In this document: positions 25,995 to 37,050 of the stretch, piece after piece
Layout: every line of letters begins with the position of its first letter
Numbering within the stretch: position 1 is the stretch's first letter
DNA from: Candidatus Hadarchaeota archaeon
GTDB taxonomy: Archaea; Hadarchaeota; Hadarchaeia; Hadarchaeales; Hadarchaeaceae
Direction of reading: 5' to 3'
NCBI GenBank assembly: GCA_964514945.1
Contig: CAZESD010000004.1
Coordinates: 1-39,560 of the forward strand
Length of the DNA: 39,560 nt
Position numbers and translations under genes: made by a program
The notes under the pieces: generated by a model
Seen by the model: only the letters and a program-made list of their open reading frames with translations
Told to the model about the DNA's origin: nothing
Databases searched by the model: none

Positions 25995-26273
25995 TTGACT
26001 AGAAAAAAAGAGCGCGCTGTGATTACGGTTACAGGGGTCGACCACCCCGGCATAGTCGCCGCCGTCACAACGGAATTAGCTAAGCTCAACGTCAATATCG
26101 AGGACATAAGTCAAACTATTTTACAAGATTTCTTCACCATGATTATGCTCGTGGACATAAGGAGGGTCAAGAGAAGCGAGGTTCAAAAAGCGTTGGATAG
26201 GGTCGCTGATAAGCAGAAAGTGAAGATCATAATGCAGCACGAGGACCTTTTCAGATACATGCACCGGGTGTAG
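25995..26273 (+). CDS. ACT-domain protein (UPF0237-like)
   Basis: AVITVTGVDHPGIVAAV, NIEDISQTI, FTMIMLVD, QHEDLF.YMHRV; upstream of a DUF711 gene. Confidence 0.88.
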   Translation: MTRKKERAVITVTGVDHPGIVAAVTTELAKLNVNIEDISQTILQDFFTMIMLVDIRRVKRSEVQKALDRVADKQKVKIIMQHEDLFRYMHRV

Positions 26274-26276
26274 GTT

Positions 26277-27629
26277 ATGAGGTTGTCCAAGGAGGAGATA
26301 GTCGAAACTATAAAGATGATCAGCTTTGAACGACTGGACATCAGAACAGTCACCTTGGGGATAAATCTTGGTGGATGTATTGATCCAAATATCGATCGGA
26401 TGTGCAAAAAGGTCTACAAAAAAATCATCTCGGTAGGCCGTAATCTCGTAGAAGAAGCAAAGGAAGTGGAGATGAAATACGGGCTGCCGATTGTCAATAA
26501 AAGGGTCGCGGTCACTCCCCTAGCTTTCTTGTTGGATGCGGTAAACACCAAAAAAGAGAGCACTTGCGTGAAATTGGCGAAATGCGTGGACGCGGCGGCG
26601 GAAAAATTGAAAGTGGATTATATTGGTGGATACTCCGCTCTAGTGGAGAAAGGGTTCACCAAGGGAGACGAGCTCTTGATTGATTCCATCCCGAAGGTGC
26701 TGAACAAAACCAAGCGATTATGTTCCTCCGTAAACGTCGCGACCACTAAAAGTGGAATCAACATGGACGCCGTGCTCAGGATGGGAAAGGTCGTGAAGGG
26801 GTGCGCTTTAATTAATCCATTGAGCTGTACCAAACTTGTCACTTTCGCAAATGCTCCTCCTGATAATCCATTCATGGCTGGGGCCTTTCACGGTGTTGGA
26901 GAGGCGGAGAACAGCATCAACGTTGGAATTTCAGGTCCAGGCGTCATTAGAGCTGTAGTAGAAAAGCTTGGCGATGCTGATTTCGGGGAGCTGGCCGAGA
27001 AAATCAAGCAAACCGCATTCAAGATTACAAGGGTTGGGGAGCTCGTCGGGAGGGAAATGGCGAGAAGGTTGAACGTTAATTTCGGGATTATTGACTTATC
27101 GTTGGCTCCAACTCCTTTTGAAGGTGATTCGGTTGCGGGGATAATTGAAGCCATGGGGTTGGAAAAATGTGGAGCTCATGGTAGTACTGCGGCGCTTGCT
27201 CTCCTCACGGATGCCGTGAAGAAGGGGGGCGTGATGGCGACGTCATATGTCGGTGGCCTATCTGGGGCGTTCATCCCCGTCAGCGAGGACAAGGGGATGG
27301 CTGAAGCGGTGGCTGAGGGTGCCATGAGTTTAGATAAGTTAGAGGCGATGACTTCGGTCTGTTCAGTTGGTTTGGACATGATAGTGGTGCCAAGCAAGAC
27401 ACCAGCGGAAACGATTGCCGCGATCATCGCGGACGAATGTGCGATAGGCGTCGTGAACGACAAGGCGACTGGTGTCAGAATAATTCCGATGGGAAAAGAG
27501 GGAGAATGGGTGGAGTTAGGGGGGCTGCTGGGTAGAGCGCCGGTGATGAAAGTGAGCAAATTTAGTTCCTCAAAATTTGTATCGAGGGGCGGGAGGACAC
27601 CTTCCCCAATCCGAAGTTTAACCGACTGA
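26277..27629 (+). CDS. DUF711/UPF0210 (PFL-like fold) protein
   Basis: [60 protein letters not shown]. Confidence 0.9.
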   Translation: MRLSKEEIVETIKMISFERLDIRTVTLGINLGGCIDPNIDRMCKKVYKKIISVGRNLVEEAKEVEMKYGLPIVNKRVAVTPLAFLLDAVNTKKESTCVKLAKCVDAAAEKLKVDYIGGYSALVEKGFTKGDELLIDSIPKVLNKTKRLCSSVNVATTKSGINMDAVLRMGKVVKGCALINPLSCTKLVTFANAPPDNPFMAGAFHGVGEAENSINVGISGPGVIRAVVEKLGDADFGELAEKIKQTAFKITRVGELVGREMARRLNVNFGIIDLSLAPTPFEGDSVAGIIEAMGLEKCGAHGSTAALALLTDAVKKGGVMATSYVGGLSGAFIPVSEDKGMAEAVAEGAMSLDKLEAMTSVCSVGLDMIVVPSKTPAETIAAIIADECAIGVVNDKATGVRIIPMGKEGEWVELGGLLGRAPVMKVSKFSSSKFVSRGGRTPSPIRSLTD

Positions 27630-27696
27630 AAGTTAATTCAATCACCCAAGACATATAACTTTAAATACTGGATTGATGGGAAATTGGGGTGGGTTC

Positions 27697-28779
27697 TTGA
27701 AAAAGAAAAAAGCAGTGCTCGTCCTAGAAGACGGTACAGTAATTTACGGCACAGGATTTGGCGCCGAAAAAGAGGCATCGGGTGAAGTCGTCTTTAACAC
27801 TTCGATGAGCGGTTACGTTGAATCGTTAACGGATCCCTCTTATAACAGCCAAATTTTGATGTTAACTTACCCCCTGATCGGAAACTACAAGGTGCATCCG
27901 GATTGGTTTGAATCCGATCGAGTTTGGGCAGAAGGACTTATCGTCAAAGAAGTTTGTGAGAACCCCTCTCACTGGAAAGGTGCCCAAACCCTTGACGAGT
28001 TTTTGAAAGAATTCAACATTCCCGGTATAATGGGTGTGGATACCCGCGCGCTCACAATCAAGATTCGAGAGCGTGGGGTGATGAAGGGCATAATCGTAAC
28101 CTATACCGGTGAGAACCCTTCTGCCGCAAAGTTGCTCAAGAAGGTTAGGAAGCAGCTCAGCATTTCCGAGCTGGATCTCGTTAGCGAGACCACTTGTAAA
28201 AAAGTTGAAGAATTTGACGGCGGTGGCAAGCTTAAAGTGGTCTTGATCGATTGCGGCGTCAAGCGCAGCATCATCCGAAGCTTGCTCAAGCGTGGGGTTT
28301 CGTTGACGCGTGTTCCCGCGAGCACAACTTCGAAGGAGATTAAATCGCTTGAGCCCAATGGGATTGTCATCTCAAACGGACCAGGAGATCCAGCCATCTT
28401 AAGTCACGTTCGCGAAACCGTTCAAAAGTTGCTTCCTCAATATCCAATGATGGGTATTAGCCTTGGCCATCAGATCTTAGCTTTGGCATCAGGCGCCAAG
28501 ACTCTAAAGTTGAAGTTTGGGCACAGGGGATCAAATCAGCCAGTTAAGGATTTGGAAACCGGCAAGGTGCGCATAACCGCCCAAAACCATGGTTTCGCCG
28601 TGGATGCCGACTCCCTTGAGGGGACTGGCTTTCAAATTACTAAAGTGAACTGTAATGATAACACCGTCGAGGGCATGAGGCACGTTGAGCTTCCGATCAT
28701 CTCGGTCCAATACTATCCCGAATGGGACAACCAGTACCTCTTCGACAAATTCGTGGAAATGCTTAAGGAGTATCGCTAG
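27697..28779 (+). CDS. carA: Carbamoyl-phosphate synthase small subunit, glutaminase site degenerate
   Basis: LEDG, GEVVFNT, LTDPSY, SNGPGDP, FGHRGSNQPV, QNHGFAV; but GISLGHQ and SVQYYPE. Start likely TTG 27697. Confidence 0.93.
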   Translation: MKKKKAVLVLEDGTVIYGTGFGAEKEASGEVVFNTSMSGYVESLTDPSYNSQILMLTYPLIGNYKVHPDWFESDRVWAEGLIVKEVCENPSHWKGAQTLDEFLKEFNIPGIMGVDTRALTIKIRERGVMKGIIVTYTGENPSAAKLLKKVRKQLSISELDLVSETTCKKVEEFDGGGKLKVVLIDCGVKRSIIRSLLKRGVSLTRVPASTTSKEIKSLEPNGIVISNGPGDPAILSHVRETVQKLLPQYPMMGISLGHQILALASGAKTLKLKFGHRGSNQPVKDLETGKVRITAQNHGFAVDADSLEGTGFQITKVNCNDNTVEGMRHVELPIISVQYYPEWDNQYLFDKFVEMLKEYR

Positions 28780-28790
28780 GAGGTTTCAAG

Positions 28791-31700
28791 TTGCCCAAAC
28801 GTCAGGATCTCAAAAAAGTGATGGTAATTGGCAGTGGGCCCATCGTAATAGGTCAAGCGGCTGAATTTGACTATTCGGGCTCGCAAGCCTGTAAGGCATT
28901 GCGCGAGGAAGGAGTAGAAGTCGTCCTCGTTAATTCCAATCCGGCCACTTTCCAAACAGACACCGACATCGCGGACATCGTTTATATCGAGCCCTTGATG
29001 CCTGAAATCGTAGCTGAAATAATACGCAAGGAGAAACCCGACGCTTTGATTCCTTCGATGGGTGGTCAAACTGGCCTTAATCTCGCGGTAGAACTCCAAA
29101 AGTTAGGAGTGCTCGATGAGGTGGGAGTTGAGGTGATAGGTACGCCAGTAAACTCCATTAAGGCTGCCGAGGACCGGAAGCTCTTTTTCGACCTCATGCG
29201 CGAGATAGGCGAACGAATGCCAAAATCCATCGAAGTTCACTCGCTCGAGGAGGCATTGGTGGCCGTCAAAGAGCTTGAGGGATATCCAATCCTCTGTAGA
29301 CCTAACTACTGCTTGGGTGGCACGGGTTCAGGCGTTGCGCATGATGAGGAGGAACTCACACGAATCGTAAGGTTTGGGCTAGACGTGAGTTTAAACCGAA
29401 CCGTTTCTCTCGACAAATGTGTGCTCGGTTGGAAGGAAATCGAGTACGAGGTAATGCGTGATAGTGCAGACAACTGTATTACCATCTGTAGCATGGAAAA
29501 CATCGACCCTATGGGAATTCACACTGGCGAGAGTATGGTCGTCGCTCCGGCCCAAACGCTTTCCGACCAAGAGCACCAAACCCTAAGATCTGTCTCCCTG
29601 AAAGTAATCCGAGCCCTTAAACTAAATGGCGGCTGCAACATTCAGTTCGCCGTTAATCCAGACAAATTCGAGTACTATGTGATTGAAGTTAATCCAAGAG
29701 TCAGCCGTTCCTCTGCGCTTGCCTCTAAAGCCACGGGTTACCCGATTGCCAGGATAGCGACGAAACTAGCGCTTGGAATGACTCTGGATGAAATTTCCAA
29801 CCCCGTGACTAAGGATACCCCCGCTTCATTCGAGCCAACTCTTGACTACGTGGTAATCAAAGTCCCGCGTTGGCCATTTGATAAATTCCCAGAAGCCGAC
29901 CAAATGATAGGCACACAAATGAAGTCCACGGGAGAAGTGATGGCAATCGGACGGACATTCGAAGAAGCATTCCAGAAGGCGATACGTTCACTCGAAGTCG
30001 GGAGGTTTGGACTCGGTGGAGACGGAAGGGACAAACCTGCCCTCGACATCGAGCCTTTAAAGTGGCAACTAACCCATCCAAATGATCGACGAGTTTTCTT
30101 GATTAGAGACGCTTTCAAGCTGGGAGTCGGTGTAGATAAAATCTATCAACTAACTAAGATCGATCCTTGGTTCGTCTGGAAGTTTAAGCGGATTGTCGAT
30201 ATGGAAGAAAAACTCAAACGCATTTCGCCGAAAGACCCTGAAATAGAGAAAGTCTTAAGAGAATCCAAACGACTTGGTTTTTCGGACTGGCAACTCGCCT
30301 ACTTGCTCAAAACCAACGAGAGGACTATTAAGCAACTTCGCAAGCAAACGGGTATCAAAACTACTTTTAAGACAGTGGATACTTGTGCTGCCGAATTTGC
30401 GGCTAAGGCCCCCTATTATTACTCGGGCTATGAGCCTGTCGACGAGGTTCCGACGAGCAAGCGAAAGAAGATAATCATCATAGGTGGAGGGCCCATCCGG
30501 ATTGGCCAAGGAATCGAATTTGATTATTGTTGCGTGCACTCAGTACTGACTCTGCGGGAGGAGGGAATTGAAGCTATCATTATCAACAATAACCCGGAAA
30601 CTGTCTCCACAGATTCAGACACATCTGACAAACTTTACTTCGAACCGCTTACATTTGAGGATGTGATGAACGTCATCGAGAAGGAAAAACCGTATGGAGT
30701 AATTTTACAGTTCGGCGGTCAAACTCCAATAAATCTTGCAGTTCCACTGGCTAAGGCTGGCGTTAATGTTCTCGGAACCTCGGCTGAGAATATTGACCTC
30801 GCTGAAGATAGAGAGCGCTTTAACAAACTTCTCAGGAAATTGAAGATTCATCAGCCCGAAGGAAGCACCGCTTTCTCGGCCGAGGAGGCAAAAGAGATAG
30901 CGAAAAAAGTCGGCTTCCCCGTTTTGGTGAGGCCAAGCTATGTTCTCGGTGGACGTGCCATGGTGCGGGTGCACGATGAAATCGAACTCGCACGCTACAT
31001 GGAAGAAGCCGCGAGGGTCTCGGAGGATCACCCCGTCCTCATCGACAAGTTCCTCTCCCAGGCGATTGAAGTCGATGTCGATGCGGTTTCGGATGGCAAA
31101 CGAACCTTCATCGGTGGGATCCTAGAGCACATCGAAGAAGCCGGTGTTCATTCGGGAGATGCGGCCATGGTTATGCCGCCTCAAATTCTGAGTGAGAAAG
31201 CCATCAAGGCGATTAAGGATTACACCATTAGGCTTGCAAGGGAGTTAAACGTTATCGGGCTGATGAACATCCAGTATGCGGTCAAAAATGATGTCGTCTA
31301 CGTGCTCGAGGTAAATCCGCGGGCGAGCCGCACGGTGCCTTTCATATCGAAGGCGATTGGAATCCCCTTAGCGAAAGTCGCCACCAAAGTTATGCTAGGG
31401 TATTCGCTCGACGATCTCGGAATTCCGAAGGAGGTAGAAATTCCGTATGTCTGTGTGAAGGAATCCGTCTTTCCCTTCATTAAACTTCCCGGCGTCGATC
31501 CGGTTTTAGGCCCAGAGATGAAGTCGACCGGTGAAGTCATGGGTATAGACCGTGATCCGGGTAGAGCATTTTTCAAGGCCCAGCTGGCAGCCGGTAACAA
31601 GCTCCCGACTTCTGGAAGGATCTTCATGAGTGTACGAAAGGGGGACCAACAGGAGTTCGTTCCGGTTGCAAGAAAGCTCAAGAAACTTGGGTTCGAGATC

Positions 31701-32024
31701 TTAGCCACTGATGGCACGAGCGACGTGCTCCAGAAAGCTGACGTCGAATCAAAACTAGTATTGAAAGTCTCCCAAGGGCGTCCAAACATCATCGATTACA
31801 TTCGTGCTGGTGATGTCGATTTAATTATCAATACTCCAACCTTAGGACGAGATCCGGTGCGTGATGGGTACCAGATTCGACGAGCGGCAATAGATCTTGG
31901 AATTCCCTATATTACAACTCTAACGAGCGCGAGCGCTGCTGTTCAGGCAATAGAGAAAATATTGAAGGGAAAAATTGACATTAAGTCGCTCAATGAATAC
32001 CATACTCAGGTCACGAAAATTTAG
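28791..32024 (+). CDS. carB: Carbamoyl-phosphate synthase large subunit
   Basis: GSGPIVIGQAAEFDYSG, two ATP-grasp repeats (EVNPR twice) and a C-terminal MGS domain; 1077 aa. Confidence 0.97.
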   Translation: MPKRQDLKKVMVIGSGPIVIGQAAEFDYSGSQACKALREEGVEVVLVNSNPATFQTDTDIADIVYIEPLMPEIVAEIIRKEKPDALIPSMGGQTGLNLAVELQKLGVLDEVGVEVIGTPVNSIKAAEDRKLFFDLMREIGERMPKSIEVHSLEEALVAVKELEGYPILCRPNYCLGGTGSGVAHDEEELTRIVRFGLDVSLNRTVSLDKCVLGWKEIEYEVMRDSADNCITICSMENIDPMGIHTGESMVVAPAQTLSDQEHQTLRSVSLKVIRALKLNGGCNIQFAVNPDKFEYYVIEVNPRVSRSSALASKATGYPIARIATKLALGMTLDEISNPVTKDTPASFEPTLDYVVIKVPRWPFDKFPEADQMIGTQMKSTGEVMAIGRTFEEAFQKAIRSLEVGRFGLGGDGRDKPALDIEPLKWQLTHPNDRRVFLIRDAFKLGVGVDKIYQLTKIDPWFVWKFKRIVDMEEKLKRISPKDPEIEKVLRESKRLGFSDWQLAYLLKTNERTIKQLRKQTGIKTTFKTVDTCAAEFAAKAPYYYSGYEPVDEVPTSKRKKIIIIGGGPIRIGQGIEFDYCCVHSVLTLREEGIEAIIINNNPETVSTDSDTSDKLYFEPLTFEDVMNVIEKEKPYGVILQFGGQTPINLAVPLAKAGVNVLGTSAENIDLAEDRERFNKLLRKLKIHQPEGSTAFSAEEAKEIAKKVGFPVLVRPSYVLGGRAMVRVHDEIELARYMEEAARVSEDHPVLIDKFLSQAIEVDVDAVSDGKRTFIGGILEHIEEAGVHSGDAAMVMPPQILSEKAIKAIKDYTIRLARELNVIGLMNIQYAVKNDVVYVLEVNPRASRTVPFISKAIGIPLAKVATKVMLGYSLDDLGIPKEVEIPYVCVKESVFPFIKLPGVDPVLGPEMKSTGEVMGIDRDPGRAFFKAQLAAGNKLPTSGRIFMSVRKGDQQEFVPVARKLKKLGFEILATDGTSDVLQKADVESKLVLKVSQGRPNIIDYIRAGDVDLIINTPTLGRDPVRDGYQIRRAAIDLGIPYITTLTSASAAVQAIEKILKGKIDIKSLNEYHTQVTKI

Positions 32025-32087
32025 GAGATTGGATACCTCAAAAACCATGGATTTTTTGGTTCATCTGTAAAGGGAAAAGTTAGGTCT

Positions 32088-33626
32088 TTAGTGCTTGAAT
32101 ACCCTCATGCCACTGAATACCATCGCGATACCATATTCGTTCGCAGCATCGATAACTTCTTGATCTCTGATCGATCCCCCAGGCTGGATCATGGCGGTCA
32201 CGCCAGCACTTGCGATGACATCAATAACATCCCTAAATGGCAAAAATCCATCGCTCGCCACCACAGCGCCTTTCAAATTTTCTCCGCCTTTGTTCACTGC
32301 AATGCGCGCAGCGTCGATTCTGCTGGGCTGTCCAAAACTAACTGTAACCGTTCTTTCCCCCTTCGTAAAAACCAGCGCGTTTGATTTGCAATATTTGACG
32401 ACTTTAAACGCAAACAGCAGGGATTTCATTTCCTCATCGGTTGGGGCTCTCTTGGTCACTATTTTGAGGTCGCGAACATCTAACTCTTTTACATCCCTCT
32501 CTTGGACGAGCAATCCCCCCACAACAGATATTATTCCTTTACCGTCTCTCTTACTTGGTTCCATTTCCAACTCTAGCAGACGTATGTTCTTTTTCTTCTT
32601 CAAGATGTCCAAAGCTTCTAGACTAAATTTTGGGGTGATGATCGCTTCTAAAAACACGCTTGACATCTCTCGCGCCGTTTCCGCATCAACTTCCCTATTT
32701 AGAGCAACTATCCCGCCGTATTCCGATATCGGGTCGGTTTGATGTGCTAGTTTGTATGCGTCGAAAATCCTCTCGGATGTCGCCACACCGATGGGGTTGG
32801 TGTGTTTTACGATAACACAGGTTGGATTTTCAAATTCTTTCACTACTTCAAGGGATGCTCCTAAGTCAAGGATGTTGTTGTACGACAGTTCCTTTCCCCA
32901 TAACTTTCTTGCATTCGCGATGCTGGGTTCTTTGATATCATCTCCATAAAATGCGGCTTTTTGGTGTGGGTTTTCACCGTAGCGCAAATTTTGAATTTTC
33001 TTATAAGTTAAAGAAAGTGCCTCCGGAAACTCTTCTCCGCGAAACATCCTCCGCAGGTAATTTGAAATTATTGTATCATACCTTGCGGTGTGGGCAAATG
33101 CTTCCACAGCTAGCCTTTCCCGCGTTTTATCGCTTAGTTCGCCGTCTTTTTCCTTCAACTCCTTTAAAACCTCGTTATATTCATTAGGATTAACAATCAC
33201 CACAACATTTCTGTAATTTTTCGCTGCGGAGCGAAGCATCGCTGGCCCGCCGATGTCTATATTTTCAATCGCCTCTTCAATTGCGCCGCCGCTTCGGATT
33301 GTTTTCTCGAATGGGTAAAGATTTACGATTACTAGATCTATAGGCTCGATATCATGCTTTCTCAACTCTCGTATATGCTCTCCTTTCTCCCTGATTGCGA
33401 GGATTCCTCCATGCACTTTTGGATGAAGAGTCTTCACCCTACCATCCAGTATCTCTGGGAAGCCAGTGAAATCCGAAATGTCTTTCACTTTTATCCCGTT
33501 CTCTTTCAAAAACTTTGCAGTTCCCCCAGTTGAGATGATTTCGATACCCAGATCTTGAAGTCCTCTGGCAAGCTCTACGATACCGGTTTTGTCCGAGACG
33601 CTGATTAGTGCTCTTGCAATTCTCAT
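32088..33626 (-). CDS. purH: Bifunctional AICAR transformylase/IMP cyclohydrolase
   Basis: ALISVSDKTG, GRVKTLHP, IDIGGP, LRYGENPHQ, KHTNP, ASDGF, QPGGSIRD. Confidence 0.96.
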   Translation of the reverse strand: MRIARALISVSDKTGIVELARGLQDLGIEIISTGGTAKFLKENGIKVKDISDFTGFPEILDGRVKTLHPKVHGGILAIREKGEHIRELRKHDIEPIDLVIVNLYPFEKTIRSGGAIEEAIENIDIGGPAMLRSAAKNYRNVVVIVNPNEYNEVLKELKEKDGELSDKTRERLAVEAFAHTARYDTIISNYLRRMFRGEEFPEALSLTYKKIQNLRYGENPHQKAAFYGDDIKEPSIANARKLWGKELSYNNILDLGASLEVVKEFENPTCVIVKHTNPIGVATSERIFDAYKLAHQTDPISEYGGIVALNREVDAETAREMSSVFLEAIITPKFSLEALDILKKKKNIRLLELEMEPSKRDGKGIISVVGGLLVQERDVKELDVRDLKIVTKRAPTDEEMKSLLFAFKVVKYCKSNALVFTKGERTVTVSFGQPSRIDAARIAVNKGGENLKGAVVASDGFLPFRDVIDVIASAGVTAMIQPGGSIRDQEVIDAANEYGIAMVFSGMRVFKH

Positions 33627-33809
33627 CCTGCACCCAAAGTCCAGATAATCGAAGGGAGATAAAGGTTTTCGTCGTTTATAATTTTTAATCCTTTAATATC
33701 GATGAGGCCCTTTGAATACTCTTTTTCTTCTAAATCTTACTAATCAACACCAAATATGAACTCGGGCTCGAACTTCCTCTCCTTATACCCACCTTCAGAA
33801 TAAGCCATG

Positions 33810-34748
33810 TCATTCGTACTCTATTGTCGCCGGCGGCTTGTCAGTTAAATCGTAAAGGACGTGAGTGACCGTCGGGATTTTTTCCCTTATCCTTCTCTCG
33901 ATCCGCTTCAACACTTGCCATTGGAGATTGACGGACTTTGCGGTTACGGCATCCTTTGATTGGATCACTCGAATCGCTATCACTTCCCCGTAATTCCTCT
34001 CCCCACTCACGGTGACTCCAGTCGCTTTGTCGCCCATCGCTATCGCGAATGCTTGGAAACACGGAATGTCTTCGGTTTCTTCCTCTACAATTTCCGTGGC
34101 TTTCCTCACCAGATCCACCCTCTCGGGGGTTACTTCGCCTAGGATTCTAATCGAAAGGCCGGGACCTGGGAAAGGCCTTCGGTCGTGGATTTCGGCCGGC
34201 AGCCCCAGCGCTTTGGCAACTTCGCGAACCTCTGGCTTGTAAAGGTCTTTCAAAGGCTCCAGAATCTTGAAACCATACTTTTCGAGTGGGTGAATTCCAA
34301 TTTGCTCTAAGACGTTGTGTTGCGTTTTTACGCCTGCTTTAGTTTCAGCCACATCTGCTGCTATCGTGCCCTGTAGCAGGTACCCTGCTCCCAACTCGTG
34401 CGCAACCTTCCCGAAAACTCGGTAGAAAGTCTCTCTAAACGCTTTCCTTTTCTCCTCTGGATCCGTTAGGCCTTTGAATGCTTCAAAGAATTCATCTTTA
34501 ACATTATAGAGCTTAACATAAACACCCAATTTCTCGAAAATTTCAACGACCTTCTGGGGCTCGTTTTTCCTCATCAATCCGTTATCTAAGAAGGCTGCGG
34601 TTAAGTTATCGGGTATCGCGCGGTGGCCCAGTATAGCTGCGACCGAGCTATCTACACCGCCGGAAAGGGCTACAACAGTCTTTTTACCCCCTACCGTTTT
34701 TTTCAGCCACTCAACTTTTTCCTCGATGAATTTCTGAGGTTCAAACAC
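33810..34748 (-). CDS. guaAB: GMP synthase ATP-pyrophosphatase subunit (subunit B)
   Basis: PP-loop ALSGGVDS, DPEEKRK, KTQHNV, PFPGPGL, KPPATIEYE; no glutaminase domain. Start likely GTG 34748. Confidence 0.92.
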   Translation of the reverse strand: MFEPQKFIEEKVEWLKKTVGGKKTVVALSGGVDSSVAAILGHRAIPDNLTAAFLDNGLMRKNEPQKVVEIFEKLGVYVKLYNVKDEFFEAFKGLTDPEEKRKAFRETFYRVFGKVAHELGAGYLLQGTIAADVAETKAGVKTQHNVLEQIGIHPLEKYGFKILEPLKDLYKPEVREVAKALGLPAEIHDRRPFPGPGLSIRILGEVTPERVDLVRKATEIVEEETEDIPCFQAFAIAMGDKATGVTVSGERNYGEVIAIRVIQSKDAVTAKSVNLQWQVLKRIERRIREKIPTVTHVLYDLTDKPPATIEYE

Positions 34749-34870
34749 TCGCCCACCTTCTTGATGGATTCTAGCAGTCTCATAAATAAGGATTTTTCCA
34801 CGCTTATTGAGGCTGTTCAAATAGATACCATACTATAGATAGATTAAAAAGAACTCAGTGAAAAATTCCA

Positions 34871-35602
34871 TTGGCAGAGGATAATCTTATGAATGAAAAG
34901 AGGTTGATATACGAACCAAGAAACGATAGAAAAATGCGGATTGTAGTGCTTTTTTCCGGGGGTGCCAGCGCTGTCCCTTTTATGGTTGGAGGCGAAAGAT
35001 ACAAAGTCGTCGGCGCTATTTCTTCAAATAAAAACGCTTCTGGAATAAAAAAGGTTGAGAATTTAGGCATATCGGTGGAAGTGGTGGATATCCACGATTT
35101 CTATGGGGACAAACCGATCACTGACATGAAAATTAGAGCAGCCTACGATGAAAAACTTCTGTCAATTATAAAAGAAAAAAAGTGGGAGCCGGATATAATC
35201 GCATGTTCGGGTTACATGTATATTTTGACCAAGTTTTTAAACGGATTTCCAGCCAAGGTTCTAAACGTACATCCTGCAGATTTAAGAATAGAAGAAGGAG
35301 GGAAGAGAAAATATAAGGGGAGTAACGCGGTCGCAGAGCAAATAAAAGAGGGTGAGAAAGTTACGAGGTCCACCATCCACATAATGGATGAAAAACCAGA
35401 CCACGGGCCCATCCTATTCGTATCCGAAGGCCTACCTATAGAAAATAGAAGCCCAAAGGAGCAGCAAGAGCTTATGAAGGAAAAATGTGATGGGCCTGCT
35501 TACAGGAAAACTCTTGAAATGTTATCAAAGGGAATGTTTGCTGTTGATCCCGACAAAAATGTTTATGTCAAGGATGGTGAAAAGTGGGTTAAAAGGGTTT
35601 AG
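34871..35602 (+). CDS. purN: Phosphoribosylglycinamide formyltransferase-like (folate-dependent formyltransferase)
   Basis: VLFSGGAS, GYMYIL, LNVHP, STIH..DHGPI retain the Asn/His/Asp catalytic pattern; next to purD. Confidence 0.75.
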   Translation: MAEDNLMNEKRLIYEPRNDRKMRIVVLFSGGASAVPFMVGGERYKVVGAISSNKNASGIKKVENLGISVEVVDIHDFYGDKPITDMKIRAAYDEKLLSIIKEKKWEPDIIACSGYMYILTKFLNGFPAKVLNVHPADLRIEEGGKRKYKGSNAVAEQIKEGEKVTRSTIHIMDEKPDHGPILFVSEGLPIENRSPKEQQELMKEKCDGPAYRKTLEMLSKGMFAVDPDKNVYVKDGEKWVKRV

Positions 35603-35604
35603 AG

Positions 35605-37008
35605 GTGGCAAATTTGGCGGTGGGAGTTTTAGGGATAAGTTATGGAAGCAGATTCGCTTGCATGGCAGATTCTCTTTCCAGAAGTGCTCATGGTGTAAAG
35701 CTCTTCATAGCAGACAAGCAGGGAAATCCTTACAATATAAAGAAGGCGGAAGAAACTGGGGGTAAACACGTTGTAATCCCAAATTTAAATTTAGACGATA
35801 TCACCAAATTTGCTAAGAAACATGAAAATGAAATCGACTTCGGTGTACTTGGTCCTGAAGCCCCCGGCATGAACGGAATCAGGGACAGAATCGAAAAAGA
35901 AACAAAAATAAAAATGATCTGCCCAACAGCTGAATATTTTATCGAGAGAAGCAAAGTAGAACAGAGAAGATTGATAGAGGAAATAGTCCCCTCGGCAAAT
36001 CCGAGATTCAAGGTCTTCGATCCCAGCAGCTATGATTCAAGGGCCGAAGTTAAAAAAGACCTATACAAATGGTTGGACGAAATTGGGAACGAAGTGGCTG
36101 TAAAACCCGATGCACCAGCAACAGGGAAGGGGGTTGGCGTCTGGGGAGATCATTTCGCATCTAGAGAAAGTTTGTTCGAAGATTATTTCTCGCCGAATTT
36201 TGAAAAGGGGGCCGTAATAGTCGAGGAAAAGTTAGAGGGAGAAGAATTTTCTTTACAATTTGTTTCTGATGGAGAGCATTTGGTTACCACTCCTGTCGTC
36301 AGAGATTACAAGAGGGCCTTTGACTGGGATTTAGGACCCAACACCGGGGGAATGGGTTCTTACAAAGATAGAGGAGATTTGCTCTCATTCATGAAGGAAA
36401 GCGATTGGAGAGAGTCGCTGGAGATAGGAGAGAAGATTCATGATGGGTTAAAGAAGACCGAAAAAAATCTAAGAGTTAGAGGAAATCTGTACATGGCTTA
36501 CATAACCACAAAAAGTGGTGTGAAAGTCCTTGAGATAAACAGCAGATGGGGCGACCCGGAAGTAATGAATATCCTGCCGATCTTGAAAGACGATTTTGTC
36601 GACGTTTGCTTCAAAAGTTTAGATGGTAATTTAAGAAAACTCGATTTTGAAGAAGATAAAGCAACAGTTGTGACTTACGCCGTCCCTCTGGAATATGGGG
36701 GGTATGTAAGTTACTCGGGATCTAAAAAAGTAGATCTAATCCAGGCTGAAAAATTAAAGGAAAAGCACGGAGACAACTTGAGAATTTATCCGGGCGCCAT
36801 GGAGTTGAAAAATGGCGGGACTTATGCGTTAAAGTCCAGAGCTGTCGCTGTGGTGGGAATATCAAACACATTAGAGGAAGCTAGAGAAATCTCCATGGAA
36901 GGAATTAGAAAAATCGATGGTCCTTTGAGACACAGAGAAGACATAGCCCTCCCAGAATACATAAACAGGAGCAAAAAGCACATGGAAGAACTCAGCCTGA
37001 AAACATAG
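35605..37008 (+). CDS. purD: Phosphoribosylamine-glycine ligase
   Basis: GPEAP, VKPD..GKGV, EEKLEGEEFS, DYKRA..D.GPNTGGMGS, EINSRWGDPE. Confidence 0.94.
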   Translation: MANLAVGVLGISYGSRFACMADSLSRSAHGVKLFIADKQGNPYNIKKAEETGGKHVVIPNLNLDDITKFAKKHENEIDFGVLGPEAPGMNGIRDRIEKETKIKMICPTAEYFIERSKVEQRRLIEEIVPSANPRFKVFDPSSYDSRAEVKKDLYKWLDEIGNEVAVKPDAPATGKGVGVWGDHFASRESLFEDYFSPNFEKGAVIVEEKLEGEEFSLQFVSDGEHLVTTPVVRDYKRAFDWDLGPNTGGMGSYKDRGDLLSFMKESDWRESLEIGEKIHDGLKKTEKNLRVRGNLYMAYITTKSGVKVLEINSRWGDPEVMNILPILKDDFVDVCFKSLDGNLRKLDFEEDKATVVTYAVPLEYGGYVSYSGSKKVDLIQAEKLKEKHGDNLRIYPGAMELKNGGTYALKSRAVAVVGISNTLEEAREISMEGIRKIDGPLRHREDIALPEYINRSKKHMEELSLKT

Positions 37009-37050
37009 TCTTAAGGTTATTTCATGAAATATTAAAATGAGATGGTCAAA

